A DNA stretch of 64,000 nucleotides. Origin: Nemertoderma westbladi (Eukaryota > Animalia > Xenacoelomorpha). Where the stretch lies: positions 12,947 to 76,946 of the forward strand of contig JAUCBJ010007137.1 in the NCBI GenBank assembly GCA_032718475.1. Reading direction: 5' to 3'. Below, piece after piece: positions 61,069 to 64,000 of this stretch (position 1 is its first letter; the number at the start of each line of letters is the position of its first letter). The translations under genes and the position numbers were made by a program. The notes under the pieces are model-generated. The model made no database searches, had not been told where the DNA came from, and saw only the letters and a list, made by a program, of their open reading frames with translations.

Positions 61069-61179
61069 TTGAGAACGCTCCTCCACATCCGGATTAACTA
61101 ACAACTATTCAGAACAAACCGATTTTAACTCAGACATTACCAGGTCCTCGGTAGTTCTACCTAATAATTTACATTTTAC

Positions 61180-64000
61180 AGTAGATTTCCTTAATGTTGA
61201 AGGTCTTTTGTCGTGCCTTGCGGAACCAGACTTCCATTCTCGCGTTGCCCTGTCTGACAAATTTATCTGCGCTGAAACTTGGCTAAATCCAACCTGTTCC
61301 GCAAATATAGAAATTGTTGGTTATATGTCTTTTAACTATCCGAGAAAATTCAAGCATAGCAGGGCAAAGCGATTTAGTGGGGGGTTGACTGTTTATGTCC
61401 GCAATGAATAATGCAAGTGGTATAACAATGCTAGAAGAATTTTCTCGGGAGGACATTTTTGGTTTAAATTAAATAAAGAATTACTAGGATTAAATAAAGA
61501 TCTTATTATTTGTGCTGCCTACATACCTCCGTCGAGTAGTAAAGTACACGTGGCCGATTGTATTTCTCTTTTTTATACTATCGAAAAGGGTATTGGTTGC
61601 TATAGTAATAAAGGGGACGTGATTTTAGTAGGTGATTTAAATGCTAGAACTGCCTGTAGACCAGACTTCATAGAATTTGACGGCATCGATACTCCTGATT
61701 TTAGTAATCTACTTCCCCCTGATTACATTCCAGATAGTTTAGAAACGTGGGGTAGTATACCGAAAATTAGAGTAAACAAAGACAGTGTTTTCAATACGTA
61801 TGGACGGCACCTTCTGGACTTATGTAAATCTACCGGTCTGCGAGTTGCAAATGGCAGAGTTGGCCAGGACAAGGGAATGGGTAATTTCTCATTCTATTGT
61901 CATTGTTCCACTAGAGGGGTAATAGGCCGCTCTGCTATTGACTACGTACTAGCTAGGACTAATTTACTTAACATCGTTACAGAATTTATTATTAGTCCAC
62001 AAAATATATTTTCACAACATTGTGCTATTTCTTTTTCCATAAGGCGTATAAATTTGCAACAGCCCGTTTACGAATTTTGTGGTGCGGCTGCGGATACAGA
62101 ATCGCGCGACAGTAAACCACATGCATTGCATGTGAAACACAAACACAAGTGGGACTTACTTGAAACATGAGCTAAAATTCAAAAATAATTTCGACTCTGA
62201 TCATACTAAGATTCAGTTAGATTCAATTGTTGACAAAATTCTAGAGTGTGAATTCACTCAATCAACAATTGACACAATAGTTTATGATTTTAACAAAGTC
62301 CTCCTTGATGCTACGTATAGTTATGAGACCAAACAAAATTCAGTTGATGTATCCGATCACATAAATCTTTTTTCACACCCATGGTATACTCCAGAGTGTA
62401 TAATAAGTATATTTTTCGTAGAGCTCTGAACAGGTGGAAAAATGCATCTTCTCCGGATGACTACATTATCCTAGTTAATTCCCGCAGTGCGTACTCCAAA
62501 TCATTGCGGAGGGCTAAGTATGAGTACAAATTGAAGCAGTCCAATAAGCTTCTTTCACTTAAAAGTTGTGACAGCAAAAAGTTTTGGAAGTTGTTAAAGT
62601 CCGCTGCTGGAAATACAAGTAACAACACATCAGGTATTTGTCTGGACAAATTAGAAAACCATTTTCGCAAACTAAATAATACAAGTGAGTTTGAGTTCAC
62701 AGATATGGGTTACATCCCGCCTGAAAATTCGAATGTAAATCTCAGCAGAGAAATATTCGAAAATTTCCTAAGCGAACCGTTTTGTGAGGCTGAGATGAAT
62801 AATGCTATCAATAGATTAAAACGCGGTAAAGCGGCGGGGCCTGATGAACTCGACACAAATATTTTTATTTTGGGCTGTGAACATTTGTCTCCAATAATTA
62901 CTGCGCTTTTTAACGCTGTGTTATATTCTGGAATTTTTCCCTCACAATGGACACTTGCGGACTTAATTCCAATTTATAAAAGTAAAAAGGCAATCGTGCT
63001 GACGCAAATTACTATCGGGGAATCTCTCTACTTAGCGTTTTAGTTGTTAGCGTTGTTTACAGCGGCTATAAACGCACGCTTACCGTGGTGGGAGGATGCC
63101 TTTGGAATAATTATTGATTCCCAGGCTGGTTTTCGCCCTGGTTACAGGACGACTGACCAGTTATTTATACTTAGCAACCTGATAACGCAGTACTTAAATA
63201 AATCCAAAGGTTGTAAGTTTTATTGCGCCTTCATAGATCTGCAGAAGGCATTTGATATGATTGATAGAAGTGCTCTATGGTTTAAACTTAATGCATTGGG
63301 AATTTCAGGGAAAGTTTATAAAATAATAAAAAGTATGTACGCCGCTGCCAAAACAAGAGTCATCTGGGGGGACAATATGTCGGATTCCTTTAACTGTCTA
63401 GTTGGAGTCAGGCAGGGCGAATGCCTTAGCCCTTTTCTATTCGTTTTGTTCATTAACGATTTAGAAGCAGAGTTGAGCAAAGGAAATGCCACTGGTGTAG
63501 ACGTTGGCTTATTTAAACTCTATCTGCTACTTTTTGCAGATGACATTGTTCTACTGGCTGATACTGTGGCGGGGTTGCAAGCTTCACTTGATACTCTAGG
63601 TTGCTACTGTACTTTTTGGGGCTTGACTGTAAATTTGACTAAATCAAATATTGTTATATTTAGACAAGGGGGCACCCAAGCGGCACATGAAACTTGGACA
63701 TATAAAGGAGTAGGTATGAAGGTTGTACCTCATTACACGTACCTTGGAATTACCTTTACTTCAACAGGAAAATTTATTAAGGCTCAAGAAATATTGACTG
63801 AGAAGGCAAACAAATCTTACTACACGCTCTACCGCTATATAAACTCATTCCCAAACATCGGTTTTTACCTAAAACTACATCTCTTTAACAGTTTGATTAA
63901 GCCTATTTTGCTGTATGGATCTGAGGTATGGGGATTCACAAAAGGGAGTGACACAGAAAAACTACAGCTGAAATTTCTGAAAAATGTTTTGGGTGTGAAA
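61180..64000 (+). pseudogene. LINE ORF2 (AP endonuclease + RT), frameshifted, runs off the window; clade tentatively RTEX-like
   Basis: NVEGL, ETWL, SGG, GDLNAR, VANGR, IDY; KAAGPD, QAGFRPG, FIDLQKAFD, GVRQGECLSPFLF, LLFADD, YLG, LYGSEVWG. Confidence 0.88.

Overview
AT-rich animal (probably invertebrate) genomic DNA made almost entirely of nested transposable elements. The only host-like gene is the terminal exon of a C2H2 zinc-finger gene (3231-3892, minus strand). Other contents: two decayed RTE LINE pieces; a foldback element containing a Sola2-like MITE, which itself contains a Helentron-associated-like element and a tRNA SINE; a complete but frameshifted ordinary BEL/Pao element (11999-19271); and an APE-RT LINE at the right edge. 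The main feature is a pair of related, unusual BEL/Pao retrotransposons: A (+, 23920-~42336) is inserted into the 3' LTR of B (-, ~22820-56898). Both have ~2 kb LTRs containing a tRNA-like Pol III unit (A box, B box, T-run) upstream of the CCAAT/TATA promoter, and neither has a recognisable full host-tRNA PBS. At the PBS position both carry a sequence complementary to their own tRNA-like unit. Each has 10 dispersed copies of a 20-nt dyad/hairpin motif and a covarying structured element after integrase. Both have an extra ORF in the env position, intact in A and a remnant in B; in A it encodes a WRN/EXD2/Mut-7-type DEDDy 3'-5' exonuclease plus three CCHC knuckles. All calls were made by eye, without alignments or database searches.
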